Below, piece by piece: positions 1 to 12,764 of a stretch of DNA of 13,380 bases. The stretch comes from Desulfosoma sp. Lineage in GTDB: Bacteria; Desulfobacterota; Syntrophobacteria; Syntrophobacterales; DSM-9756. The notes under the pieces were generated by a model that was not told the DNA's origin, did no database searches, and saw only the letters and a list, made by a program, of their open reading frames with translations. The DNA lies in the NCBI GenBank assembly GCA_037481835.1, contig JBBFKW010000028.1:1-13380 (forward strand), read 5' to 3'. Position 1 is the stretch's first letter. Every line of letters begins with the position of its first letter. The translations under genes were made by a program, and so were the position numbers.

Positions 1-36
1 GTGCGGCTTCGTCCGCTCAAACTTCTTCTTCGCCAT
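1..36 (-). CDS. tuf: Elongation factor Tu, 5' end (partial, runs off the window); downstream copy
   Basis: Reverse complement of 1-36 is ATG GCG AAG AAG AAG TTT GAG CGG ACG AAG CCG CAC = MAKKKFERTKPH, the canonical EF-Tu N-terminus. Strong Shine-Dalgarno GAGGAGGAAG at 50-41. Not in the ORF track. Confidence 0.95.
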   Translation of the reverse strand, partial: MAKKKFERTKPH

Positions 37-197
37 CGCACTTCCTCCTCACGTCCAAGCCGAATTCATGGAACCGAAACTGTTTCCCCAAAAGTCATCA
101 GGATGCCCTTGCGTGACGTCCATCCCTTCGACCCGTCGGCGCATCCAATGCCACGGCGCCGGGAGCGGGCGGCTTTCGCCTTTGGGCAAAAGGCCCC

Positions 198-668
198 TTA
201 CCAGCGATAGTGCGCGAAGGCCTTGTTGGCTTCGGCCATTCGGTGCGTGTCTTCCCGCTTCTTGACCGCCCCGCCGCGATTTTGTGAAGCGTCCAGGAGT
301 TCCCCCGCCAGCTTGTCGATCATGGTCTTTTCCGAGCGGTTCTTGGCGTAGGAGATGATCCAGCGCATGGCCAAGGCATCCCGGCGGTCGCTGCGCACTT
401 CCACCGGCACCTGATACGTGGCGCCGCCCACCCGGCGGGACTTGACCTCGATGACGGGCCGCACATGATCCATGGCCTTGTGGAACACTTCCAGCGGGTC
501 TTGCTTGCTGCGCCGTTCGATCACATCAAAGGCCCCGTAAAGAATCCGTTCGGCCACACTCTTCTTGCCCTGGCGCATGATGTTGTTGATGAACTTGGCC
601 ACCAACCGGCTGTTGTATTTGGGATCCGGAAGCACTTCCCGCTTCGCGACTTCTCTTCTACGTGGCAT
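198..668 (-). CDS. rpsG: 30S ribosomal protein S7 (156 aa)
   Basis: [18 protein letters not shown]...[19 protein letters not shown]...[13 protein letters not shown]. Start moved from the track's TTG at 680 to the ATG at 668, which gives the conserved MPRR N-terminus and is preceded by TGAGGAAGG. Confidence 0.98.
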   Translation of the reverse strand: MPRRREVAKREVLPDPKYNSRLVAKFINNIMRQGKKSVAERILYGAFDVIERRSKQDPLEVFHKAMDHVRPVIEVKSRRVGGATYQVPVEVRSDRRDALAMRWIISYAKNRSEKTMIDKLAGELLDASQNRGGAVKKREDTHRMAEANKAFAHYRW

Positions 669-700
669 TGCCTTCCTCAACCTCGTCCGTCGTTTACGGC

Positions 701-736
701 AAAAGAGAGGCCATGACCCTCAGCAGGGCCATGGCC
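701..736 (-). terminator. Intrinsic-terminator-like hairpin in the rpsL-rpsG spacer
   Basis: Minus strand GGCCATGGCCCT-GCTG-AGGGTCATGGCC (12 bp, one G-U pair) followed by TCTCTTTT. The U-tract is imperfect, so termination is probably partial, or this is a structural/processing element. Confidence 0.55.
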
Positions 737-758
737 CGCCTTGGCTTCCCTCAACGCC

Positions 759-1130
759 TTACTTCGGGCGCTTGGCTCCGTACTTGGACCGCCCCTGCTT
801 GCGATTGGCAACCCCCAGAGCGTCCAGGGTGCCGCGGATGATGTGATAGCGCACGCCAGGAAGGTCTTTGACACGGCCCCCGCGAATGAGCACCACGGAG
901 TGTTCCTGGAGATTGTGGCCGATCCCCGGGATGTAGGACGTCACCTCAATGCCGTTCGTCAGCCGCACACGGGCGATTTTTCGCAAGGCCGAATTGGGCT
1001 TTTTCGGGGTCGTCGTGTACACGCGCACACACACCCCCCGCTTTTGAGGGCAGCCCTGCAGCGCCGGTGTGCTGGATTTCTTTCGGACTTTTTCCCTTCC
1101 CTTTCGCACCAACTGATTGATCGTGGGCAT
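759..1130 (-). CDS. rpsL: 30S ribosomal protein S12 (123 aa)
   Basis: [12 protein letters not shown]...CPQKRGVC...[13 protein letters not shown]...GHNLQEHS...[13 protein letters not shown] signature motifs. Confidence 0.99.
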   Translation of the reverse strand: MPTINQLVRKGREKVRKKSSTPALQGCPQKRGVCVRVYTTTPKKPNSALRKIARVRLTNGIEVTSYIPGIGHNLQEHSVVLIRGGRVKDLPGVRYHIIRGTLDALGVANRKQGRSKYGAKRPK

Positions 1131-1210
1131 CCTCGTTTTCTCCGCCGACTCCAGATCGCATTAATTTCAGAAACTTATTAGGTCCGAGCCCCTGGGCTCA
1201 GAAACACCTC

Positions 1211-1239
1211 TATCTACAGACTCACCCCTGCGTTGTCAA
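1211..1239 (-). promoter_or_regulatory. Putative sigma70 promoter for rpsL-rpsG-tuf
   Basis: Perfect -35 TTGACA (1239-1234), 17-nt spacer, weak -10 TAGATA (1216-1211). It lies at the expected position of the str promoter. A 7-bp hairpin (CTGAGCC-CAGG-GGCTCGG, 1201-1184) follows the inferred start site. Confidence 0.55.
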
Positions 1240-1250
1240 GCCTTTTCAGC

Positions 1251-1272
1251 CCTCGCGGGGCGCGCCCCGAGG
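1251..1272 (-). other. GC-rich hairpin directly after the rpoC stop, with no U-tract
   Basis: CCTC-GGGG-CGCG-CCCC-GC-GAGG followed by GCTGAAAAG. Not a canonical intrinsic terminator; may be a 3'-stabilising stem or pause site. Confidence 0.4.
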
Positions 1273-1275
1273 CCC

Positions 1276-5397
<4,122 letters not shown>

Positions 5398-5502
5398 GGG
5401 TTCCTCCTTGCGCGCCATGCTTTGTGCCTGTTTCAGGCCCTTCGGGCTTTCCCCGGTCCGGCAAGTTCCCGAAGGTCCTCCGGACCTCAAGCTGACGCCG
5501 AT

Positions 5503-8500
5503 CTAATCCCCCTCACCCTCTTCTTCGCTGAGCAACTGAACGTCCAAGGCGAGGGCTTGGAGTTCCTTGACGAGGACATTGAAGGATTCGGGAAGCCCGG
5601 CCTCCAACGTGTTGTCCCCTTTGACGATCTTTTCGTACATGCGGGTTCTTCCCGCCAGATCGTCCGATTTGACCGTCAAGAACTCCTGAAGGGCGTAGGC
5701 CGCCCCATAGGCTTCCATGGCCCACACTTCCATCTCCCCCAACCTCTGGCCGCCGAACTGGGCCTTGCCGCCCAGGGGCTGCTGGGTCACCAGGGAGTAC
5801 GGACCGATGGAACGGGCATGGATCTTGTCGTCCACCAGGTGGTGGAGTTTCAGCATGTACATGACCCCGACGGTCACCGGTTGGTCGAAAGGTTCGCCGG
5901 TGCGGCCGTCGTAGAGGATGGTCTGTCCGGTTTCCGGAAGACCCGCTTCCCTGAGGAAGTCGCGGATTTCGGGCTCTTCGGCCCCGTCGAAGACCGGCGA
6001 AGCCACATGGAGCCCTTCGCGCAGGTGCGGGATGAGGGCTTGAAGATCCGCCGGTTCCGCTTCCTTGAAATAGGTGTCGAATTCCAGCTGGTTGTAGATG
6101 CGCCTGAGCTTCTCTTCCAGCGTCTCCTTCTCCTTGTAGGATTCGATCAGGCGCGCCAGCTGCTCGCCCAATCCCTTGGCCGCCCACCCCAGGTGGGTTT
6201 CCATGACCTGGCCCACGTTCATGCGCGACGGCACGCCCAAGGGGTTCAGCACGATGTCCACGGGAGTCCCGTCGGCAAAGTAGGGCATGTCCTCGATGGG
6301 AAGGATCCTGGAGACCACACCCTTGTTGCCGTGCCGGCCGGCCATCTTGTCTCCCACCTGGAGCTTGCGTTTGACCGCCACGTAGACCTTGACCATCTTG
6401 ATGACGCCCGGCGGAAGCTCGTCGCCTCGTTTGAGCTTGTTGATCTTTTCCTCGAAAAGGGAACGCACCAGCTCCACCTGTTCCCGGTAATGCTCCGTGA
6501 TGTGCTCCACTTCCATGGTAAGAGCCGGATCTTCAACGGCTTGAAGCTGGGTCCACAGCCGGCTGGGCAGATCCAGAAGCACCTCGTCGGTGATGGGATC
6601 GCCCTTTTTCACATAGACTTTCTTGCCGTCTTTGATGGTGGTGCCACACGTCTTTCCGGCAAAGAGGGCGGCGATGCGCTTGGCCACGCTCTTTCGGATG
6701 ATCTCCAGCTCATCCCGTTGATCCTTTTCCAGGCGCGCGATCTCTTCGTCCTCAATCATGCGGGTCCGTTCGTCCTTATCCACGCCCTTGCGAGAAAACA
6801 CCTTGGCGTCGATGACGATCCCTTCCACGCCCGGCGGCACCCTCAAGGACGTGTCTTTGACGTCGCTCGCCTTTTCTCCGAAGATGGCGCGTAGGAGCTT
6901 TTCTTCCGGGGTGAGCTGGCTTTCCCCTTTGGGCGTCACCTTGCCCACGAGAATGTCGTTATGCCGGATGTAGGCGCCGATGCGCACGATGCCGCTTTCG
7001 TCCAGGTTCTTGAGCGCCTCTTCCCCCACGTTGGGAATATCTCGGGTGATTTCCTCCTTGCCCAGCTTGGTATCCCGGGCGAGCACCTCGAACTCTTCGA
7101 TGTGGATAGACGTGAAGACGTCATCCCGCACGATCCGCTCACTGACCAAGATGGAGTCTTCAAAATTGTATCCGCCCCAGCTCATGAAGGCGATCATGAC
7201 ATTGCGGCCCAGAGCCAACTCGCCGTGGTCCGTGGAAGCCCCGTCGGCGATGATTTGGCCTTTTCGCACCACGTCCCCGGCGCGCACCAAGGGCTTTTGG
7301 TTCAGGCACGTGTTTTGATTGGATCTTTTGAACTTGATGAGCTTGTAGATGTCCACGCCGCTGTCCCGGCTGCTCTGGGTTTCCACGGCGCGCACCACAA
7401 TGCGGCTGGCGTCCACGTATTCCACAACGCCGTCGCGCTTGGCCACAATGACGACCCCGCTGTCCCGGGCGACGATGCGTTCCATGCCGGTGCCCACCAG
7501 GGGTGCGCGGGTTTGAATGAGCGGCACAGCCTGGCGCTGCATGTTGGACCCCATCAAGGCCCGGTTGGCGTCGTCGTGTTCCAGAAATGGGATCAGAGAG
7601 GCGGACACGCTCACCAGCTGGTTGGGAGAAACGTCCATGTAGCGGATCTCTTCCGGCGGCACGAGCATGAATTCGCCGGCAACTCGCGCCGACACCTCGT
7701 CGCGCACAAAACGGCCCTGATCGTCCAGCGGGGCGTTGGCCTGGGCTATGGGGTAGTCCTTTTCCTCCATGGCCGTCAGGTACACCACCTCTTTGCTCAC
7801 CGTTTTGTTCTGCACTTTTCGGTACGGCGTTTCAATGAACCCGTAGGGGTTGACTCGAGCATAGGTGGACAGGGACACGATGAGGCCGATATTGGGACCT
7901 TCCGGCGTCTCGATGGGGCAGATGCGGCCGTAGTGGGTCGGGTGGACGTCCCGCACTTCAAAGCCCGCCCGCTCGCGGGTCAGGCCCCCGGGACCCAGGG
8001 CGCTCAACCGCCTCTTGTGCGTGACCTCCGAAAGGGGATTGGTCTGATCCATGAACTGCGACAGCTGGCTCGTGCCGAAAAATTCCTTGACCACCGCCGA
8101 AACGGGTTTGGCGTTGATGAGGTCGTGGGGCATGAGGGCTTCGATTTCCTGAAGGCTCATGCGCTCCTTGATGGCCCTTTCCATGCGCACGAGGCCGATG
8201 CGATATTGGTTTTCCAAAAGTTCCCCGACGGCACGAACTCTGCGGTTGCCCAAGTTGTCAATGTCGTCCACGGGGCCCTGGGTTTCCTTGAGGTAAATGA
8301 GGCGCCGGACCGCTTCCAGGATGTCTTCCCGCGTCAGGGTTCTCTGTTCCAGGGGATGGCTCAAGCCCAGCTGGTGGTTCAGCTTGAGGCGGCCCACTTC
8401 GGAAAGATCGTACTGTTCGGGGGTGAAAAACAAATTGTTGAAAAATTCGGTGGCCACCTCTTCCGTAGCCGGGTTGCTGGGACGCAGCCGCCGATAGATT

Positions 8501-9621
8501 TCCATGAGAGCGTCCCTGCGGCTGGTCACCTTGTCCTGGAGCAGCGTGTTTCGAAAGGACGGGCTCACATCCTGACCGTGCAGATGCAACAGTTCCAGTT
8601 CGGAAATGCCCTTTTCCAGGAACAAGTCGAGATGGCTCTGGGTGATTTCTTCGTTACATTCGGCGATGATTTCCCCGGTGCTGTAATCGATGACGTCGTG
8701 AGCCAAGACCTGCCCGATGATTTCCTCGGTCTTCATGGGCAGGCGGGTGATGCCGAGATCTTCCAGCTGCTTGAGGAACTTCTTTCCCAGTTTTCGGCCC
8801 TTCTTGGCGATCACTTCCTTCGTCGTCGGGTGGAGGATATCGGCGGGAGCCTTGGTGCCTTCCAAAACCTCCTTGTTGAGTTCCTTTTCCGCGTTTTCTT
8901 CGTCGATGAGGTAAACCTTTTCGGAACGGTAAAAGTAGTTGAGGAGCTCCTCCGTGGCGTATCCCAAAGCTTTGAGGAAAACGGTGGCGGGCAGTTTCCG
9001 GCGCCGGTCGATGCGAACGTACAAAATGTCCTTCGGGTCGAACTCAAAGTCCAGCCAAGAACCTCTCAGAGGAATCACTCGGGCCGAGTAAAGGATTTTT
9101 CCGCTGGAATGGGTCTTGCCGCGGTCATGGTCGAAAAAAATCCCCGGAGAGCGGTGCAGCTGGCTCACGATGACCCTTTCGGTGCCGTTGATGATGAAGG
9201 TCCCGTTATCGGTCATCATGGGCAGCGTCCCGAAATAGATTTCCTGCTCCTTGATGTCTCGGATGGATCGATGCCCGGTTTCCTTGTCCACGTCGAAGAC
9301 CGCCAATCGCACGACGATCTTGAGGGGCGCCTCGTAGGTCATGCCGCGGGCGAGGCACTCATCCACGTCGTACTTGATCTCCCCGAAGCTGTATTGGGCG
9401 AATTGGAGGGAGGCCGTCTGGCTGAAGTCTTCGATGGGGAAGACGCTTTCGAAGACTTCCTGCAGTCCCTTCCTTGCCCGCTGGTCGGGGGGCACGTCCA
9501 TCTGCAGAAAGTTCGCGTAGGATTCCTTCTGCATCTGGATCAGGTTCGGGATGTCGACGATTTTCTTAATCTTCCCGAAACTCTTGCGGACCCGATACTC
9601 TTGGCTCAAAGCAGTTGCCAT
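5503..9621 (-). CDS. rpoB: DNA-directed RNA polymerase subunit beta (1372 aa)
   Basis: [19 protein letters not shown], rifampicin region [68 protein letters not shown] 6 nt upstream of the ATG. Confidence 0.99.
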   Translation of the reverse strand: MATALSQEYRVRKSFGKIKKIVDIPNLIQMQKESYANFLQMDVPPDQRARKGLQEVFESVFPIEDFSQTASLQFAQYSFGEIKYDVDECLARGMTYEAPLKIVVRLAVFDVDKETGHRSIRDIKEQEIYFGTLPMMTDNGTFIINGTERVIVSQLHRSPGIFFDHDRGKTHSSGKILYSARVIPLRGSWLDFEFDPKDILYVRIDRRRKLPATVFLKALGYATEELLNYFYRSEKVYLIDEENAEKELNKEVLEGTKAPADILHPTTKEVIAKKGRKLGKKFLKQLEDLGITRLPMKTEEIIGQVLAHDVIDYSTGEIIAECNEEITQSHLDLFLEKGISELELLHLHGQDVSPSFRNTLLQDKVTSRRDALMEIYRRLRPSNPATEEVATEFFNNLFFTPEQYDLSEVGRLKLNHQLGLSHPLEQRTLTREDILEAVRRLIYLKETQGPVDDIDNLGNRRVRAVGELLENQYRIGLVRMERAIKERMSLQEIEALMPHDLINAKPVSAVVKEFFGTSQLSQFMDQTNPLSEVTHKRRLSALGPGGLTRERAGFEVRDVHPTHYGRICPIETPEGPNIGLIVSLSTYARVNPYGFIETPYRKVQNKTVSKEVVYLTAMEEKDYPIAQANAPLDDQGRFVRDEVSARVAGEFMLVPPEEIRYMDVSPNQLVSVSASLIPFLEHDDANRALMGSNMQRQAVPLIQTRAPLVGTGMERIVARDSGVVIVAKRDGVVEYVDASRIVVRAVETQSSRDSGVDIYKLIKFKRSNQNTCLNQKPLVRAGDVVRKGQIIADGASTDHGELALGRNVMIAFMSWGGYNFEDSILVSERIVRDDVFTSIHIEEFEVLARDTKLGKEEITRDIPNVGEEALKNLDESGIVRIGAYIRHNDILVGKVTPKGESQLTPEEKLLRAIFGEKASDVKDTSLRVPPGVEGIVIDAKVFSRKGVDKDERTRMIEDEEIARLEKDQRDELEIIRKSVAKRIAALFAGKTCGTTIKDGKKVYVKKGDPITDEVLLDLPSRLWTQLQAVEDPALTMEVEHITEHYREQVELVRSLFEEKINKLKRGDELPPGVIKMVKVYVAVKRKLQVGDKMAGRHGNKGVVSRILPIEDMPYFADGTPVDIVLNPLGVPSRMNVGQVMETHLGWAAKGLGEQLARLIESYKEKETLEEKLRRIYNQLEFDTYFKEAEPADLQALIPHLREGLHVASPVFDGAEEPEIRDFLREAGLPETGQTILYDGRTGEPFDQPVTVGVMYMLKLHHLVDDKIHARSIGPYSLVTQQPLGGKAQFGGQRLGEMEVWAMEAYGAAYALQEFLTVKSDDLAGRTRMYEKIVKGDNTLEAGLPESFNVLVKELQALALDVQLLSEEEGEGD

Positions 9622-9722
9622 GATGTCTCCTGCAACTTTTGGGAAATAGCGTCACCGCATGGTCACAAGGGCGACAAAGCCACCTCGGTCCCTCGGGGAC
9701 CTTCGGTGGCACCGACTTCTTG

Positions 9723-9764
9723 AAAGGAAAAAGTCGGAAGCCCGCCCGGGGCGGGACTTCCGAC
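9723..9764 (-). terminator. Intrinsic terminator/attenuator between rplL and rpoB
   Basis: GTCGGAAG-T-CCCGCC-CCG-GGCGGG-CTTCCGAC (14 bp, 1-nt bulge) followed by TTTTTCCTTT. Same position as the rplL-rpoB attenuator known in E. coli. Confidence 0.8.
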
Positions 9765-9784
9765 ACGGCATGCCGGGATTCGGC

Positions 9785-10171
9785 CTATTTAATTTCCACG
9801 GTCGCTCCGGCTTCCGTGAGCTTCTTGGCGATCTCTTCGGCTTCGGCCTTGGGGATGCCTTCCTTGACCACACCGGGGAGGTTTTCCACCAGGTCTTTGG
9901 CTTCCTTGAGCCCCAGGTTGGTGACGGCGCGCACTTCCTTGATGACGTTGATTTTCTTGTCGCCCACGGCGGTGATGACCACGTCGAACTCGGTCTTTTC
10001 TTCCACCGGAGCGGCCTCGGCGGCCGGACCGGCGGCCACGGCCGCCACGGCCACCGGCGCCGCGGCGCTCACACCGAAGCGATCTTCCAATTCCTTGACC
10101 AGCTGGCTCAGTTCCAGCACGGTCATGTTTTCAATGAACTTGATGACATCGTCCTTGGTAATGTCCGGCAT
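9785..10171 (-). CDS. rplL: 50S ribosomal protein L7/L12 (128 aa)
   Basis: [24 protein letters not shown], Ala-rich hinge, [39 protein letters not shown] upstream. Confidence 0.99.
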   Translation of the reverse strand: MPDITKDDVIKFIENMTVLELSQLVKELEDRFGVSAAAPVAVAAVAAGPAAEAAPVEEKTEFDVVITAVGDKKINVIKEVRAVTNLGLKEAKDLVENLPGVVKEGIPKAEAEEIAKKLTEAGATVEIK

Positions 10172-10192
10172 TTGTCTTGTCCTCCTTGCGCC

Positions 10193-10714
10193 CTATGCGT
10201 TTTCTTTTTCCCGTTGAATGGCTGCCAGCACGCCCACAAAGGCTCGAGGCACTCCGCTGAGCACCCGCACCAGCGCCGTGGGCACGGCGTGGAGCGTTCC
10301 CAAGAGCTTGGCCAGGAGTTCCTCGCGGGACGGCAATTCCGCCAGAGCCAGCACATCGTCCACGGAAAGCACCTGTGTGCCGAGAACCCCGCCCTTCACC
10401 TTGAACTTTTCGTTCTGTTTTCCAAAGGCTTTGAGAATCTTGGCCGCGACGCTGGGGTCGTCGTAGGCGATGGCCACGGCGTTGGTGCCCTTGAGCAAGG
10501 GTTCCACCACCTCGGCCCCCGTGCCCTTCGCCGCAATGCGCATCAGCGTATTCTTGACAACCTTGAACTCCACGCCGCGTTCGGCCAGGCTGTCGCGAAG
10601 GGTGGTGATCTGGGCCACGTTCAAGCCTTGGAAGTCGGTGAGAATGGCAGCGGTTGCCCGGTGCAGCTTCTCGTGCAGCTCGGCGACCAACTGTTCTTTC
10701 TTGACCTTATCCAA
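10193..10714 (-). CDS. rplJ: 50S ribosomal protein L10 (173 aa, TTG start)
   Basis: DFQGLNV...[12 protein letters not shown]...[16 protein letters not shown]. Located upstream of rplL; AGGAGG about 11 nt upstream of the TTG. Confidence 0.97.
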   Translation of the reverse strand: MDKVKKEQLVAELHEKLHRATAAILTDFQGLNVAQITTLRDSLAERGVEFKVVKNTLMRIAAKGTGAEVVEPLLKGTNAVAIAYDDPSVAAKILKAFGKQNEKFKVKGGVLGTQVLSVDDVLALAELPSREELLAKLLGTLHAVPTALVRVLSGVPRAFVGVLAAIQREKENA

Positions 10715-10736
10715 CCTCTCTCATCCCTCCTTTCCT

Positions 10737-10894
10737 CTGCCGGCGTGCTTTCCTCAACGCATGGTGCGCATAGGTCGATCCCGTTGGTCTTTTCACCACC
10801 TCGGTAGGTCCCGCCCCGCGGGGATCCCGTGGCGGATTTAAACACCTTCCCGATGTACCTACGGTCTCAGATGCGTGAAAGCACCCAACGGCAG
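10737..10894 (-). promoter_or_regulatory. L10 leader (rplJ leader) autoregulatory RNA
   Basis: Core TGAGACCGTAGGT...TTTAAA...ACCTACCGAGG (10869-10799) matches the L10-leader pattern as I recall it (AGAC-GUAGG...UUAA...CCUACCGAGG). It is enclosed by a long interrupted helix CTGCCG/GTGCTTTC/ACGCAT (10894-10871) paired with ATGCGT/GAAAGCAC/CGGCAG (10762-10737), ending just before the rplJ SD. Confidence 0.85.
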
Positions 10895-10920
10895 TTTTTT
10901 GAATGTGCGCATCCCGGATC

Positions 10921-11625
10921 TCAGCCCAGGATACTCTTCACGGCCAGCGGGTCGATGCGGATCCCCGGCCCCATGGTGGTGGAGATGGCGATCCCTCGAA
11001 GGTACGTCCCTTTGGCGGCCGTGGGTTTCAGCCGGATCAAGGTGTCGATGAAGGTGGAAATGTTTTGCATGAGCTTTTCCGGCCCGAAGGACACCTTACC
11101 CATGGGCGCGTGCACGATGCCGGTCTTTTCCACCCGGAAGTCCACTTTTCCGGCCTTGATTTCCTGAACCACCTTGGCCACATCAAAGGTCACGGTGCCC
11201 AGCTTGGCATTGGGCATGAGGCCCCTGGGGCCCAAAATCTTACCGATCTTGCCCACCTGGCCCATCATATCGGGTGTGGCCACGGCCTTATCGAACTCCA
11301 TCCAGCCGTCCTTGATCCTTTCGATGAGTTCCTCGCCGCCGGCCACGTCGGCCCCGGCGTCCAGCGCTTCCTTGACCTTTTCGCCCTTGGCGAAGACCGC
11401 CACCCGAACCACCTTGCCCAACCCGTTGGGCAGGACCACCGTGCCTCGAACCATCTGATCCGCGTGGCGGGGATCCACCCCCAACTTGACGGCAATGTCC
11501 AGCGTCTCGTCAAAAGATGCGTACGCGCACTGGAGCGCCAGATTGAGCCCCTCTTCAAACGTGTAGCGCTTGGTGCGATCCACCTTCTCGAGCGCAGCGC
11601 GATATTTTTTCCCTCGCTTCGGCAT
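10921..11625 (-). CDS. rplA: 50S ribosomal protein L1 (234 aa)
   Basis: [62 protein letters not shown]. Confidence 0.99.
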   Translation of the reverse strand: MPKRGKKYRAALEKVDRTKRYTFEEGLNLALQCAYASFDETLDIAVKLGVDPRHADQMVRGTVVLPNGLGKVVRVAVFAKGEKVKEALDAGADVAGGEELIERIKDGWMEFDKAVATPDMMGQVGKIGKILGPRGLMPNAKLGTVTFDVAKVVQEIKAGKVDFRVEKTGIVHAPMGKVSFGPEKLMQNISTFIDTLIRLKPTAAKGTYLRGIAISTTMGPGIRIDPLAVKSILG

Positions 11626-11676
11626 TTCCTTCTCTCCAACCGACGCACTCTGTCGCCAAGACGGTTGCGACAGGGC

Positions 11677-12099
11677 TTATTCGATGACGATCCCCATGCT
11701 GCGGGCCGTGCCTTCAATGGTGCGCACTGCGGCTGCCAGGTCCCGGGCGTTGAGGTCGGGCATCTTCAACTTGGCTATTTCTTCCACCTGGGCCTTGGTC
11801 ACCTTGCCCACCTTGTCGCGGTTGGGCTCGCTGGACCCCTTGGCGATCTTGGCCGCTTTCTTCAGGAGCACCGAGGCAGGCGGCGTCTTGGTGATAAAGG
11901 TGAAGGACCGGTCGCCGTAGACGGTGATGATCACAGGAATGATCATGCCTTCCTGGCCTTGGGTCTTGGCATTGAATGCCTTGCAGAATTCCATGATGTT
12001 GACGCCGTGTTGGCCCAGAGCCGGCCCCACGGGCGGGGACGGATTGGCCTGTCCGGCCGGAATCTGCAGTTTGACGTTCGCGATGACCTTTTTTGCCAT
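11677..12099 (-). CDS. rplK: 50S ribosomal protein L11 (140 aa)
   Basis: [37 protein letters not shown]...KMPDLNA...GTARSMG. Confidence 0.99.
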   Translation of the reverse strand: MAKKVIANVKLQIPAGQANPSPPVGPALGQHGVNIMEFCKAFNAKTQGQEGMIIPVIITVYGDRSFTFITKTPPASVLLKKAAKIAKGSSEPNRDKVGKVTKAQVEEIAKLKMPDLNARDLAAAVRTIEGTARSMGIVIE

Positions 12100-12137
12100 G
12101 TTAAACCAACTCCCTTGTCGTCTCCATAACCTTCAGC

Positions 12138-12170
12138 AAACGCCCCCGGGTCGAAAGCACCCGGCGGGCG
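12138..12170 (-). other. Stem-loop in the nusG-rplK spacer (weak terminator-like)
   Basis: CGCCC-G-CCGGGT-GCTTTCG-ACCCGG-GGGCG (11 bp, 1-nt bulge) followed only by TTTG. Confidence 0.45.
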
Positions 12171-12181
12171 ACGGCGAATCT

Positions 12182-12712
12182 TTACAAGCGATGCACCTGG
12201 ACGAAATCCAGTTCCACGGGCGTCGATCGGCCGAAGATGGTGACCAGAACCCGCACCTTTCCTTTCTCCGGAATGACTTGGTCGACCACGCCGTTGAAGC
12301 TGGCAAAAGGCCCGTCCACCACGCGCACTTCGTCGCCTTTTTCAAACTGGTACTTGGGACGGGGCTTCTGGGCCCCTTCCTCCATCTGCTGGATGATGGC
12401 CTGAGCTTCTTCGTCGCTGAGCGGGATGGGTTTTTCCTGGCTCCCGATGAATCCGGTCACCTTGGGCGTGTGGCGCACCAGATGCCAGGTTTCATCGTTG
12501 AGTTCCATCTGGACAAGGATATAGCCAGGGTAGAACTTGCGTGACGACGAGCGGCGTTCTCCCTTGACGAGTTCCACCACCTTCTCCGTGGGCACGAGAA
12601 TCTGGCCGAAATATTCGGTCTTGCCCGCCGCCTTGATGCGCTCTTCCAGGCTCGCCTTGACCTTTTGTTCAAATCCTGAATAGGTATGGACAATGTACCA
12701 CTGTTTCGCCAC
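12182..12712 (-). CDS. nusG: Transcription termination/antitermination factor NusG (176 aa, GTG start)
   Basis: WYIVHTYSGFEQKVK, KFYPGYILVQM, VRHTPKVTGFIG, KOW motif VRVVDGPFASFNGVV, IFGRSTPVELDF. Confidence 0.99.
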   Translation of the reverse strand: MAKQWYIVHTYSGFEQKVKASLEERIKAAGKTEYFGQILVPTEKVVELVKGERRSSSRKFYPGYILVQMELNDETWHLVRHTPKVTGFIGSQEKPIPLSDEEAQAIIQQMEEGAQKPRPKYQFEKGDEVRVVDGPFASFNGVVDQVIPEKGKVRVLVTIFGRSTPVELDFVQVHRL

Positions 12713-12764
12713 GCCTTTTTCTCCCGCTCACTCCACGTCCCGGCCCTGGTGCGGCTTGGACTTT

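Noticed and set aside
83..125. CUGAUGA...GAAA on the minus strand of the rpsG-tuf spacer, resembling a hammerhead ribozyme core
   Set aside because: Stem II (CTTTTGGG) would be at most 2 weak pairs, and no NUH site is placed so that stems I and III both form. The GGATG/CATCC stem is not preceded by UH.
860..1010. Possible streptomycin-resistance substitutions in S12
   Set aside because: PKKPNSA and RVKDLPG retain both key lysines.
5398..5490. 31-aa N-terminal extension of RpoC in the ORF track
   Set aside because: Not homologous to beta' N-termini, and a strong AAGGAGG points to TTG 5397.
7850..8090. Possible rifampicin-resistance substitutions in RpoB
   Set aside because: The equivalents of E. 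coli Q513, D516, H526, R529, S531 and I572 are all wild type.
11626..12181. L1 autoregulatory site upstream of rplK or rplA
   Set aside because: Hairpins exist (11650-11673, 12141-12170) and GGGAG precedes rplK, but I could not build the L1-binding internal loop by eye. The GGGAG is explained as the SD.
9659..12544. Plus-strand ORFs (382, 408, 206 aa and shorter) opposite the ribosomal protein genes and nusG
   Set aside because: Same antisense shadow effect; they overlap well-supported essential genes.
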